A DNA stretch of 43,605 bases from Nitriliruptoraceae bacterium (GTDB lineage: Bacteria; Actinomycetota; Nitriliruptoria; Nitriliruptorales; Nitriliruptoraceae), in contig PWEU01000042.1 of the NCBI GenBank assembly GCA_003554005.1, positions 1 through 43,605 of the forward strand, in the 5' to 3' direction. Both the position numbers and the translations under genes were made by a program. Shown piece after piece: positions 19,566 to 27,129 of the stretch. Position 1 is the stretch's first letter, and each line of letters begins with the position of its first letter. The notes below the pieces were generated by a model. That model saw only the letters and a list, made by a program, of their open reading frames with translations. It made no database searches and was not told where the DNA came from.

Positions 19566-20462
19566 TCAGTTCATCTCCGGGCGCGGAGGGATCGTCAGGT
19601 GGGCCAGCGCGCGCTCGACGTCCTGCTGATGCTTGAGCACCACGTTGACCGTGCCCTTGAGCACCTGCTCATCCACCGCGCCGAAGCCCAGTTCGAGCAG
19701 CGTCCGCGCCCAGTCCAGCGTCTCCGACACCGACGGTGGCTTCTTCAGCTCGAGCTGCCGCAGGGATCGCACGATGCGAACGAGCTGGTCGGCCATCGCC
19801 TCGGGCGCGTCGGGCACGCGCGACAGCACGATGGCGCGCTCACGCTCGACGCTCGGGTAGTCGATGTGCAGGTACAGGCAGCGGCGCTTCAGCGCCTCGG
19901 ACAGCTCCCGGGTCCCGTTGGAGGTCAGCACCACGAAGGGATGGCGCGTCCCGCGCACGGTCCCGAGCTCGGGGATCGTGACCTGGAAGTCGGAGAGGAT
20001 CTCGAGCAGGAGCGCCTCGAACTCCAGGTCCACCTTGTCGACCTCGTCGATCAACAGCACGGTCCGTCGCTGGTTGCGGAGCGCGGGCAGCAGCGGCCGC
20101 TCCAGCAGGTAGTGCTCGCTGAAGAGGTCGTCCTCGACCTCGTCCCAGGCCTCGCCGCCGGCGGCGTCCCCACCGCGGGCGTGGGTGATCCGCAGCAGCT
20201 GCTTGCGGTAGTTCCACTCGTAGAGCGCCTTGGCCTCGTCCAACCCCTCGTAGCACTGCAGCCGCACCAGCTCGGCGTCACGGGCGGTGGCCACCGCCTT
20301 GGCCAGCTCGGTCTTGCCCACCCCGGCCGGACCCTCTACCAGGATGGGCTTGCCGAGCCGCTCTGCGAGGTAGACGACCGTCTCGATCGAGGTGTCGACG
20401 AGGTAGCCGGCGGCTTCCAGACGGGTGCGGACGTCCTCGACACCCGCGAACTCAAGCGACAC
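19566..20462 (-). CDS. MoxR-family AAA+ ATPase (CoxD/AAA_5-like)
   Basis: Walker A EGPAGVGKTELAK and Walker B VLLIDEVDK. 298 aa from GTG 20462, which has GAGGAG 7 nt upstream. Confidence 0.88.
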   Translation of the reverse strand: MSLEFAGVEDVRTRLEAAGYLVDTSIETVVYLAERLGKPILVEGPAGVGKTELAKAVATARDAELVRLQCYEGLDEAKALYEWNYRKQLLRITHARGGDAAGGEAWDEVEDDLFSEHYLLERPLLPALRNQRRTVLLIDEVDKVDLEFEALLLEILSDFQVTIPELGTVRGTRHPFVVLTSNGTRELSEALKRRCLYLHIDYPSVERERAIVLSRVPDAPEAMADQLVRIVRSLRQLELKKPPSVSETLDWARTLLELGFGAVDEQVLKGTVNVVLKHQQDVERALAHLTIPPRPEMN

Positions 20463-20667
20463 CAGCCGACTCCTCGTGACGGCCGACGGACGCGGCCGAG
20501 CCCGGCGTGAGGCTACGGCACCCCGGCCACCGCCGACCAACCGGCAGCCCGGCCGCGAGGCCATCACGAGGTCGCGGCGACCACGACCATCCGCCGGGGT
20601 CGTCGTGCAGCCGAAGCACTACCGTGCTCATCCCGCCGCCGCCTCCCCCCGGGACGAGGAGCTGCAC

Positions 20668-21636
20668 ATGGACGCGATCCAGTTGGAGACCCACGGCGGC
20701 CCCGAGGCGCTGCAGATCGCCCAGATCGCCGATCCGCAGCCAGGGCCCGACCAGGTGCTCGTGCGCGTCGCAGCTGCGGGGGTCAACTTCATCGACACCT
20801 ACCAGCGCTCCGGTCTGTACGACATCGATCTGCCGGGTGGACTCGGGCTGGAGGGTGCCGGTGAGGTGGTCGCGGTGGGGGCGGCCGTCACCAACCGGCA
20901 GGTCGGCGACCTCGTGGCCTGGGCTGATACCCGCGGGTCCTACGCCGAGTTGGTGTGCGTGCCAGCCAGCCGGAGCGTGCGGGTGCCGGCCGGCGTCGAG
21001 CCGGAGCAGGCCGCCGCGTTGATGTTGCAGGGCATGACGGCCCACTACCTGACCCACTCGACCAGGAGCCTGCGGGCTGGCGAGACCGTGCTCGCCTTCG
21101 CCGCCGCGGGCGGCGTCGGTCGGCTGCTCGTGCAGCTGGCGGTCCGTCGGGGTGCCCGGGTGATCGCCGCCCCCTCCACGCCCGAGAAGGCCGCCGAGGT
21201 CCGTGGGCTGGGCGCCGACGAGGTCCTGCTCTACCGCGACGTGGACGTGCCCCAGACGGTCCGGGAGCTCACGGGAGGGGAGGGTGTCGACGTCGTCTAC
21301 GACTCGGTCGGCCAGGCGACCTTCGAGAGCTCGCTCCGGAGCCTCAAACCTCGAGGGCTACTGGTGCTGTATGGCGCCTCCTCCGGGCCGGTCCCACCGG
21401 TGGACCTCCAGGTGCTGAACCGGCACGGCTCGCTGTTCGCGACCCGTCCGTCGCTGTTCCACTACGTCGCGACCAGCGAGGAGCTCGAGTGGCGGGCCAG
21501 CAGCCTGTTCGAACTGGTCAGGGCCGACGCGCTGGACCTGCGGATCCACGACCGCTACCCGCTGGCGGAGGCGGCGCGGGCCCATGCCGACCTGGAGTCC
21601 GGTACGACCACGGGCAAGCTGCTGTTGCTGCCATGA
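20668..21636 (+). CDS. qor: NADPH:quinone oxidoreductase (MDR / zeta-crystallin type)
   Basis: MDAIQLETHGGPEALQIAQIADPQPG, VAAAGVNFIDTYQRSGLY, AAAGGVGRLLVQLA. ATG 20668 is preceded by GAGGAG. Confidence 0.9.
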   Translation: MDAIQLETHGGPEALQIAQIADPQPGPDQVLVRVAAAGVNFIDTYQRSGLYDIDLPGGLGLEGAGEVVAVGAAVTNRQVGDLVAWADTRGSYAELVCVPASRSVRVPAGVEPEQAAALMLQGMTAHYLTHSTRSLRAGETVLAFAAAGGVGRLLVQLAVRRGARVIAAPSTPEKAAEVRGLGADEVLLYRDVDVPQTVRELTGGEGVDVVYDSVGQATFESSLRSLKPRGLLVLYGASSGPVPPVDLQVLNRHGSLFATRPSLFHYVATSEELEWRASSLFELVRADALDLRIHDRYPLAEAARAHADLESGTTTGKLLLLP

Positions 21637-22115
21637 CCGTGCTCATCGGCGACGACCGCCCCGACACCCGAGCTATCCGGGCTGCCGAGGCTGTCGGTCT
21701 GGCGTTCGAGGTGCACCGGATCGAACGGCCGAGCAGCCTGGAGGAGGCCGCCGAGCGCTACGGCGTCGCCCCTCGGCAGCTGCTCAAGACCCTGGTGGTC
21801 CGGCGCGCCGCCGACGACCACATCCTCGTCCTGCTGCCGGGACCGGCGCAGCTGGCCTGGCCGAAGCTCCGCGCCCACCTCGGTGTCTCCCGCCTCTCGC
21901 TACCCGACGCCGCCGAGGCCCAGGCGGTCACCGGGTACGAGCGTGGCACGATCACGCCCTTCGGCGCCCGTGGCGGTCTCCCGGTGCTCGCCGAGGCCAG
22001 CATCGCGGGGGCGGGACCGGTGACGGTGGGCGCCGGGGCCCACGGGGTCTCGCTCCGGCTGGACGCCGACGCCCTGTTGGCCGCCGTCGGCGCCGAGCTG
22101 GTCGACCTGAACTAG
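21633..22115 (+). CDS. YbaK/EbsC-like aminoacyl-tRNA deacylase domain protein
   Basis: ATGA overlap with the qor stop. KTLVVRRAADDHILVLLPGPAQLAWPKL...GYERGTITPFG pattern. 160 aa. Confidence 0.75.
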   Translation: MTVLIGDDRPDTRAIRAAEAVGLAFEVHRIERPSSLEEAAERYGVAPRQLLKTLVVRRAADDHILVLLPGPAQLAWPKLRAHLGVSRLSLPDAAEAQAVTGYERGTITPFGARGGLPVLAEASIAGAGPVTVGAGAHGVSLRLDADALLAAVGAELVDLN

Positions 22116-22558
22116 GACCCCCCAGCCGCAGGGGCCGCCGCCACGGAGATGGTGGTGGTACGCGAGGACCCGTCGGGCCAGCCCACGGTGATCAGCAGCA
22201 GATGGGTCCGGCCGGCGGCACCGACGAACCCGACAGCGGCATCCGAGCCCTCGAGGTCGATCTCGACCTGCCCGGTCGAGCTCGCCGTACGCACCGGTGT
22301 GCCCCGACGCGCAGGGGTCGCGAGGATACGCAGACGGAGGGTGGCACCCTCCTCGTCCCCACCCGCGACCACCGCTCCAGCGGTCGGCGTGGCGAGGTAG
22401 CTGGTGGTGGTCGGGCGGAACTCGGGGACCAGCTCGGCGCCGTCGACCTGCAGGGCGACCAGGTCGAGATCGCCGAGCGGTCGCGACCAGACCTCGCCGA
22501 CCTCGGCGGCTGGAAGCCGACGTCGTGCCCCCTCGGACCCGGTCATCGGTGGGTTCAT
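22112..22558 (-). CDS. Hypothetical protein with a cadherin-like beta-sandwich signature; no signal peptide seen
   Basis: Good GC3 bias by manual reading. LVALQVDGAELVPEFRPTTTSYLATP...ATLRLRI resembles the L-x-L-x-V-x-G-x-L-x-P-x-F-x(5)-Y pattern of PF12733-type domains. The 3' end overlaps the YbaK-like gene by 4 nt, convergently. Confidence 0.5.
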   Translation of the reverse strand: MNPPMTGSEGARRRLPAAEVGEVWSRPLGDLDLVALQVDGAELVPEFRPTTTSYLATPTAGAVVAGGDEEGATLRLRILATPARRGTPVRTASSTGQVEIDLEGSDAAVGFVGAAGRTHLLLITVGWPDGSSRTTTISVAAAPAAGGS

Positions 22559-22816
22559 CTCGCGCCCCTCGCACCTCGCCCCATCGGCTGCACCGACATC
22601 CCGGAGCGCCTCCTCCCCGTCAGCCGCCTCGCGCTCAGGCTACGAAGCGGCCCTGACCGGGGGGGCGTCCGGACCCCTACATGGATATGCGACCAACGCT
22701 CATAGCACGCTGCCTGTCGCACAGCGTCTCACCCGGCGGGAACGCCGTGGGGCGACGGGTTGCGTACCGTGCCCACCCCGCCCGGACCACGCCGGGCCGA
22801 GACCCAGGAGGACGCG

Positions 22817-23773
22817 ATGCGCGCGATCCGGATCACCGAGTTCGGCGGCCCCGAGGTGCTCACCCTCGTCGACGACGAGGCCGAGCCGACCCCGAGCGAC
22901 GGTCAGCAGGTGATGGAGATCGATGCCGCGGGCATCAACTACGCCGACACCCACCAGGCCGAGGACACCTACCTGGCTCCGTCCTCGCTGCCGATGATCC
23001 CGGGCGCGGAAGCCGTCGGCCGGCTGCCCGACGGTCGCCGGGTGGTGGCGTTGCTGGGCGGCGGCGGGTACGCCGAGCGGGCGGCGGTCGCGCCGCCCCT
23101 GGCCTTCGAGGTGCCGGACGAGGTCAGCGACGGGGCCGCTCTGGCCCTGATCCTCCAGGGCACCACGGCCTGGCACCTGCTGCGCACCAGCGCCCGCATG
23201 ACCCCCGGGGAGTCGGTGCTGGTGCTGGCCGCGGCCGGAGGCGGGGGCAGCCTGGCGATCCAGCTGGCCCGCCGCCTCGGGGCCGGTCGGATCATCGCTG
23301 CGGCCTCGTCGCCCGACAAGCGGGACCTGGCGCTGGAGCTCGGCGCGGACGTCGCCATCGACTCACGCACCGACGACCTCAAGACCGCGGTCGAGGAGGC
23401 CAACGGCGGCAAGATCGACATCGTGCTGGAGATGGTCGGTGGAACGACCACCGACCAGTCCATCGCCGCCCTCGCACCCTTCGGGCGGTGCGTGGTCTAC
23501 GGCATGGCCTCACGCGAAGCCCCCAGTCTGGTCGACCCGCGGCGGCTGATCGTTCGCTCACAGGGGGTGGTCGGGTTCTGGCTGGCCCACGCGATGCGGG
23601 ACCCCGCACGCCACCTCGCCGCCCCGATGCAGGAGCTGCTGGAGCTGACCGTTGCGGGGGACCTCACCCCGGTGGTCGGCGGCACCTACCCGCTGTCCGA
23701 GGCAGCACGGGCCCACCAGGATCTCCGGGAGCGTCGCACCGTCGGCAAGCTCGTCCTCGATCCGCGGGCCTGA
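22817..23773 (+). CDS. Quinone oxidoreductase / zinc-type alcohol dehydrogenase superfamily protein (second copy)
   Basis: MRAIRITEFGGPEVLTLVDDEAEP, AAGINYADTHQAED, AAAGGGGSLAIQLA. ATG 22817 is preceded by AGGAGGA. Confidence 0.88.
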   Translation: MRAIRITEFGGPEVLTLVDDEAEPTPSDGQQVMEIDAAGINYADTHQAEDTYLAPSSLPMIPGAEAVGRLPDGRRVVALLGGGGYAERAAVAPPLAFEVPDEVSDGAALALILQGTTAWHLLRTSARMTPGESVLVLAAAGGGGSLAIQLARRLGAGRIIAAASSPDKRDLALELGADVAIDSRTDDLKTAVEEANGGKIDIVLEMVGGTTTDQSIAALAPFGRCVVYGMASREAPSLVDPRRLIVRSQGVVGFWLAHAMRDPARHLAAPMQELLELTVAGDLTPVVGGTYPLSEAARAHQDLRERRTVGKLVLDPRA

Positions 23774-23776
23774 GCG

Positions 23777-24259
23777 ATGGGTTCCCAGCCCCTCGGCCCC
23801 GATCAGCCGACGGCCCCGATCCTTCCCCCCGAGCCGCCGCGGGGCGACGGATGGTGGCTCCGGCCGCAGGTGACCGCGAGCATCATCGTCGTCCTCGTCC
23901 TCGCCCTGCTCGCGGCCACCACGGTGGCTGTCGCGCAGGCGCGGGCCGCCGCTGGGGCACGGGCCGAGGCCCGCGAGCTGTCCCAGGAGGTCGAGCAGCT
24001 GCGCGACGAGGTGGCTGAGCTGGAGCGCGAGCTGGAGGCGGCGCAGCGCTCACCCCTGGACCGGTTCCGGGGACCGGACGGCTTCGATCCGCAGGAGCTG
24101 TTCGAGGGACTGCTGGACGATCTCTTCGGCGATCTGTTGGACGAGCGCTCGGGTGGCGGCGCCGGCGAGGGGTTCGGTGGCCTGTTCGGCGGCCTGCTGG
24201 ACGGTCTGCTGGGCCGGGCCACCGAAGGCGTCAGCAGCGCCCAGCCGGGTGCGGCCTGA
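23777..24259 (+). CDS. Hypothetical membrane-anchored coiled-coil protein with C-terminal LFxGLLDxL repeats
   Basis: ATG is 3 nt after the qor-like stop. TM segment IIVVLVLALLAATTVAVA, heptad-like AEARELSQEVEQLRDEVAELERELEAAQ, then LFEGLLDDLFGDLLDE...GFGGLFGGLLDGLLG. Confidence 0.55.
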   Translation: MGSQPLGPDQPTAPILPPEPPRGDGWWLRPQVTASIIVVLVLALLAATTVAVAQARAAAGARAEARELSQEVEQLRDEVAELERELEAAQRSPLDRFRGPDGFDPQELFEGLLDDLFGDLLDERSGGGAGEGFGGLFGGLLDGLLGRATEGVSSAQPGAA

Positions 24260-24448
24260 CCGCAGGACGCCAGCGCAGCCGACGGCGACCCTCAGGGAGG
24301 CCTCCTCGGTGCCCGCGCGGGGCACCCCCCGCTACGGGGCGGTCCAAGCGACGACCTGGCCGGGCTGGCCGACGGGGAGGTGGGGCGGCCAGCGCTTGGC
24401 GACCGGGGGCGCCACCCCCCGCGACCCCCGTCCGGGCCTGGTCGAGGG

Positions 24449-24464
24449 CTGAGAGCTCTCTCAG
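24449..24464. promoter_or_regulatory. Inverted repeat CTGAGAG-ct-CTCTCAG upstream of the 24556 gene
   Basis: Read directly. It has the same architecture as CTGAGGG-tt-CCCTCAG at 26415..26430. An additional CTCAG at 24482..24486 lies 22 bp from the one at 24460..24464. Confidence 0.35.
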
Positions 24465-24555
24465 CGTGGTGCCACCCGGGTCTCAGGTTGGCAGGGCATC
24501 GTTCGTAGCGACGCCGCAGGACAGCCCGTCCCCGCCCCACGACAAGGAGCTCCCG

Positions 24556-25086
24556 ATGCAGCACCTCACCCGCTGGCGCACCGTCACCGCCGCCGCGACC
24601 ACCGCCGCCCTGGCCGCCGGTGCCTTCGGCATCGCCAACGCGGTCTCCGCTAGCACCGAGCAGCCATCGGCGATCGAGCTCGGCACCGACGCGAGCGTCG
24701 ACGGCCTCGCGGTCGTCGACGACGAGAACGAGGGCCTGGACAGCACGGACAGCGAGGTCTCGGCGACGACCGTGAGCGCCAGCCAACCATCACCGACCAG
24801 CCCGCCGTCCCCGGCGAGCGTGGACTCGCCCGCCGAGGCGAGCCGGTCCACCGGGACGGAGCGGCCCGTGGCGACGACCCCGCGGGTCCCGTCGGCGGAC
24901 AGTCCCTCCTCGCCCGACAGCCCGCCGTCCCCCGACAGCCCGCCGTCCCCCGACAGCCCGCCGTCCCCCGACAGCCCGCCCTCGCCCTCCAGCCCGTCCT
25001 CCCCAGACAGCCCGCCGTCCCCCGACAGCCCGTCCTCACCCTCCAGCCCGTCCTCGGTCGACTCCGTCAGTTCCGTCAGCAGCTGA
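24556..25086 (+). CDS. Exported Ser/Pro/Asp-rich repeat protein (paralog P1) ending in SVDSVSSVSS
   Basis: AAGGAG at 24544..24549. Sec-type signal MQHLTRWRTVTAAATTAALAAGAFGIANAVSA|S. (SPDSPP)n repeats. Very high GC3. The antisense ORF 24483..25370 is rejected. Confidence 0.65.
   Translation: MQHLTRWRTVTAAATTAALAAGAFGIANAVSASTEQPSAIELGTDASVDGLAVVDDENEGLDSTDSEVSATTVSASQPSPTSPPSPASVDSPAEASRSTGTERPVATTPRVPSADSPSSPDSPPSPDSPPSPDSPPSPDSPPSPSSPSSPDSPPSPDSPSSPSSPSSVDSVSSVSS
24898..25059. repeat. Nine 18-bp in-frame tandem repeats (gacagcccgccgtccccc and variants)
   Basis: Read directly. Perfect copies lie at 24916, 24934, 24952 and 25006, with degenerate copies elsewhere. They encode DSPPSP units. 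Confidence 0.85.
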
Positions 25087-25140
25087 CGCCCAGCCCGACC
25101 AGCCCACCGCCGCGTACGTGCAGCCCCTGGCGACCCGCGG

Positions 25141-26355
25141 TCAGCGTCGACCCAACGCCGAGGCCGCACGGTCGAGCCGTCGCTCGAGCTGCTGCCGCCA
25201 GGTCGGCTCCTGCGCCCGGTGGGCGCTGGTCGCCAGGCCGATCCACGAGGCCGCGATGGCCCGCGCGAGGGGGTCGATCCCGACCACCTCGGCGTAGGCG
25301 TCCTGGACCTCCCGGGCGTACCGATGGGCCATCCCGGTGATCCGGGGATCGAGGACGCCGGTGGCCTCAAGGTGCGCGATCAGGTTGCCCGCGTCGTGGG
25401 CGAGGTAGCCTTGACCCGCACCGTCGACGTCGAGGACGCCGGTGATCCGACCGTCGGTGCCGAGCAGGAGCTGGCCGGGGTGCAGGTCGCCGTGGACACC
25501 CACGAGCGGCGCCTCGAGGTCCGCCGCCGCGGCCGCCACCTCGGCGATCTCCTCCGCGCGTGCGGGCAGGAGATCGGACAGCAGCGCCACGTGGCGGACG
25601 GGATCGGCGAAGGCCCTCGGATCCCGCGAGCCCTGCACCCCGCTCGACGCGAACCGCTGGGACAGTGCGAGCAACGCGTCCGGCGCCGGCAGCGGGGCTC
25701 CGGCACGCAGTGCCTCCGCGATGGTCGGACCGGCCAGGGCCTCGATAGCGATGATCCCCTGCTGCTCCGCCAGCCCGACCAGCCCCGGCACGGGCAGCCC
25801 CGCTGCGGTGAGCTGGCGATGCCGCCGCGCCACGGAGCGGGCACGCGGCGCCGGGAGCACCTTGAGGTACAGCACCCGGCCGCTCACCGGCCCCTGGACC
25901 CGGACCTCGATCACGGCTCGACGTGTGGGGCGGTAGGCCCGTGTCCGCAGGGTCACGACACCGGGTGCCGCTCCGAGCTGGTCCAGCAGCTCACGCACAC
26001 GCTCCGGCGAGATCGCCGAGGGGAGGCCCGGCAGGTAGGGATCGAAGGGGAAGCGCCACACGCCGACCTCGAGGTCCCCGGCTGACAGGACGAAGGCACC
26101 CTCGGGGTAGCCGCGCACGTCGACGTGGGTGACCAGGAGGACCTCCAGGCGCTGGTCATCGACGGCGAGGACGGCCTCGTGCATCACCGAGCGGCTGCGC
26201 GCGGGGCGGTGGTGGACGTTGCGGATCTCTGTGGAGATCAAGCGGCCACCTGCCGCCCGGGTCGCCGTCGACAGCAGCGAGCGTTCCTGTGCCGGCGTCA
26301 GCACTGCAGGCTCGCTCGTGACGTGCGCAGCGGGTGGAGAGGTCGGGTCGGCCAC
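25141..26355 (-). CDS. Aminoglycoside/choline-kinase-fold phosphotransferase (APH family)
   Basis: LVGVHGDLHPGQLLL (catalytic loop) and GVLDVDGAGQGYLAHDAGN (DxD). The GTG at 26355 has GAGGAGG upstream. The remaining 5' part of ORF 25141..27084 runs antisense through the response-regulator gene and is rejected. Confidence 0.8.
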   Translation of the reverse strand: MADPTSPPAAHVTSEPAVLTPAQERSLLSTATRAAGGRLISTEIRNVHHRPARSRSVMHEAVLAVDDQRLEVLLVTHVDVRGYPEGAFVLSAGDLEVGVWRFPFDPYLPGLPSAISPERVRELLDQLGAAPGVVTLRTRAYRPTRRAVIEVRVQGPVSGRVLYLKVLPAPRARSVARRHRQLTAAGLPVPGLVGLAEQQGIIAIEALAGPTIAEALRAGAPLPAPDALLALSQRFASSGVQGSRDPRAFADPVRHVALLSDLLPARAEEIAEVAAAAADLEAPLVGVHGDLHPGQLLLGTDGRITGVLDVDGAGQGYLAHDAGNLIAHLEATGVLDPRITGMAHRYAREVQDAYAEVVGIDPLARAIAASWIGLATSAHRAQEPTWRQQLERRLDRAASALGRR

Positions 26356-26380
26356 GATGCCTCCTCGGGCGGCCGCAGAG

Positions 26381-26430
26381 TGAGACGTCGAGGTGAGCCG
26401 AGACTGAGGACAAGCTGAGGGTTCCCTCAG
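26381..26430. promoter_or_regulatory. Four phased TGAG direct repeats ending in the palindrome CTGAGGG-tt-CCCTCAG, upstream of the response regulator
   Basis: TGAG at 26381, 26394, 26405 and 26416 (spacing 13, 11, 11 bp). Palindrome at 26415..26430, 42 nt before ATG 26473. It sits in the divergent intergenic region shared with the APH-like gene. Confidence 0.4.
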
Positions 26431-26472
26431 GCAACGGCCCCCCGACCCGTCGTCTGGGGCACACTGACCGCC

Positions 26473-27129
26473 ATGAACGTACTGATCGTCGAGGACGAAA
26501 CCCGGATCGCCGCCTTCGTGGAGCGGGGACTTCGGGCCGAAGGCTTCACGGTCCCCACCGCGAACGACGGATCGACCGGGTTCGCGCTCGCCTGCAACGA
26601 GCAGGTCGACCTCGTCATCCTCGATCTCAAGCTGCCGGAGCTGTCCGGTGAACAGGTCCTGGCAAGGCTGCGCGAACGGCGGGCCGACGTACCGGTGATC
26701 GTTCTCACCGCCAAGGACGCGATCGACGACCGCGTCCGCAACCTCAACGCCGGCGCGGACGACTACCTGACCAAGCCCTTCAGCTTCGCCGAGCTGCTCG
26801 CCCGGGTGCACGCTCGGCTGCGTGCCCGTGATCAGAGCGCCTCGGCGGCACTGCAGCTGAGCGGGGTCACGCTGGACCTGCACCGTCGCACCGTGACCGT
26901 GGAGGACCGTCGGATCGAACTGACCGCCAGGGAGTTCGCCCTGCTGGAGACCTTCATGCGCCACCCGGGCCAGGTGCTCTCCCAGGTCCAGCTCATGGAC
27001 AGGGTGTGGGGCTACGACTTCGAGCCAGGCTCCAACGTGGTCGAGGTCTACGTGGGGTACCTGCGCCGCAAGGTCGGCAAGCACCGCATCGAGACGGTGC
27101 GCGGCGCCGGTTACCGGTTCGTCCCGTGA
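26473..27129 (+). CDS. OmpR/PhoB-family response regulator
   Basis: MNVLIVEDE, DLVILDLKLPELSG, VLTAKD, DDYLTKPFSFAEL, and a winged-helix C-terminus (RLELTAREFALLE...VEVYVGYLRRK...RGAGYRF). Confidence 0.94.
   Translation: MNVLIVEDETRIAAFVERGLRAEGFTVPTANDGSTGFALACNEQVDLVILDLKLPELSGEQVLARLRERRADVPVIVLTAKDAIDDRVRNLNAGADDYLTKPFSFAELLARVHARLRARDQSASAALQLSGVTLDLHRRTVTVEDRRIELTAREFALLETFMRHPGQVLSQVQLMDRVWGYDFEPGSNVVEVYVGYLRRKVGKHRIETVRGAGYRFVP

Noticed and set aside
16517-20462. Interpreting the MoxR/VWA genes as part of a CO dehydrogenase (cox) cluster
   Set aside because: No coxL/M/S-type or other molybdoenzyme subunit genes occur anywhere in the window. I therefore kept only the family-level CoxD-like/CoxE-like labels.
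24300-24430. Two C-rich hairpins sharing the 10-mer caccccccgc (about 24322 and about 24412), considered as a 6C-like small RNA
   Set aside because: In 6C RNA the C-runs sit in loops. Here they pair with G-runs in the stems, and alternative foldings exist. GC-rich hairpins of this size are expected by chance.
24898-25059. Regularly spaced 18-bp repeats, considered as a CRISPR-like array (the repeats at 29080..29133, 40283..40372 and 41409..41496 were considered too)
   Set aside because: The units are directly tandem with no spacers, stay in frame inside well-supported coding regions, and no cas genes are present.
26356-27084. N-terminal 243 residues of the 647-aa minus-strand ORF 25141..27084
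   Set aside because: This part runs antisense through the unambiguous response-regulator gene and has no kinase motifs. A GTG with a strong GAGGAGG SD at 26355 gives a normal-sized APH-fold protein.
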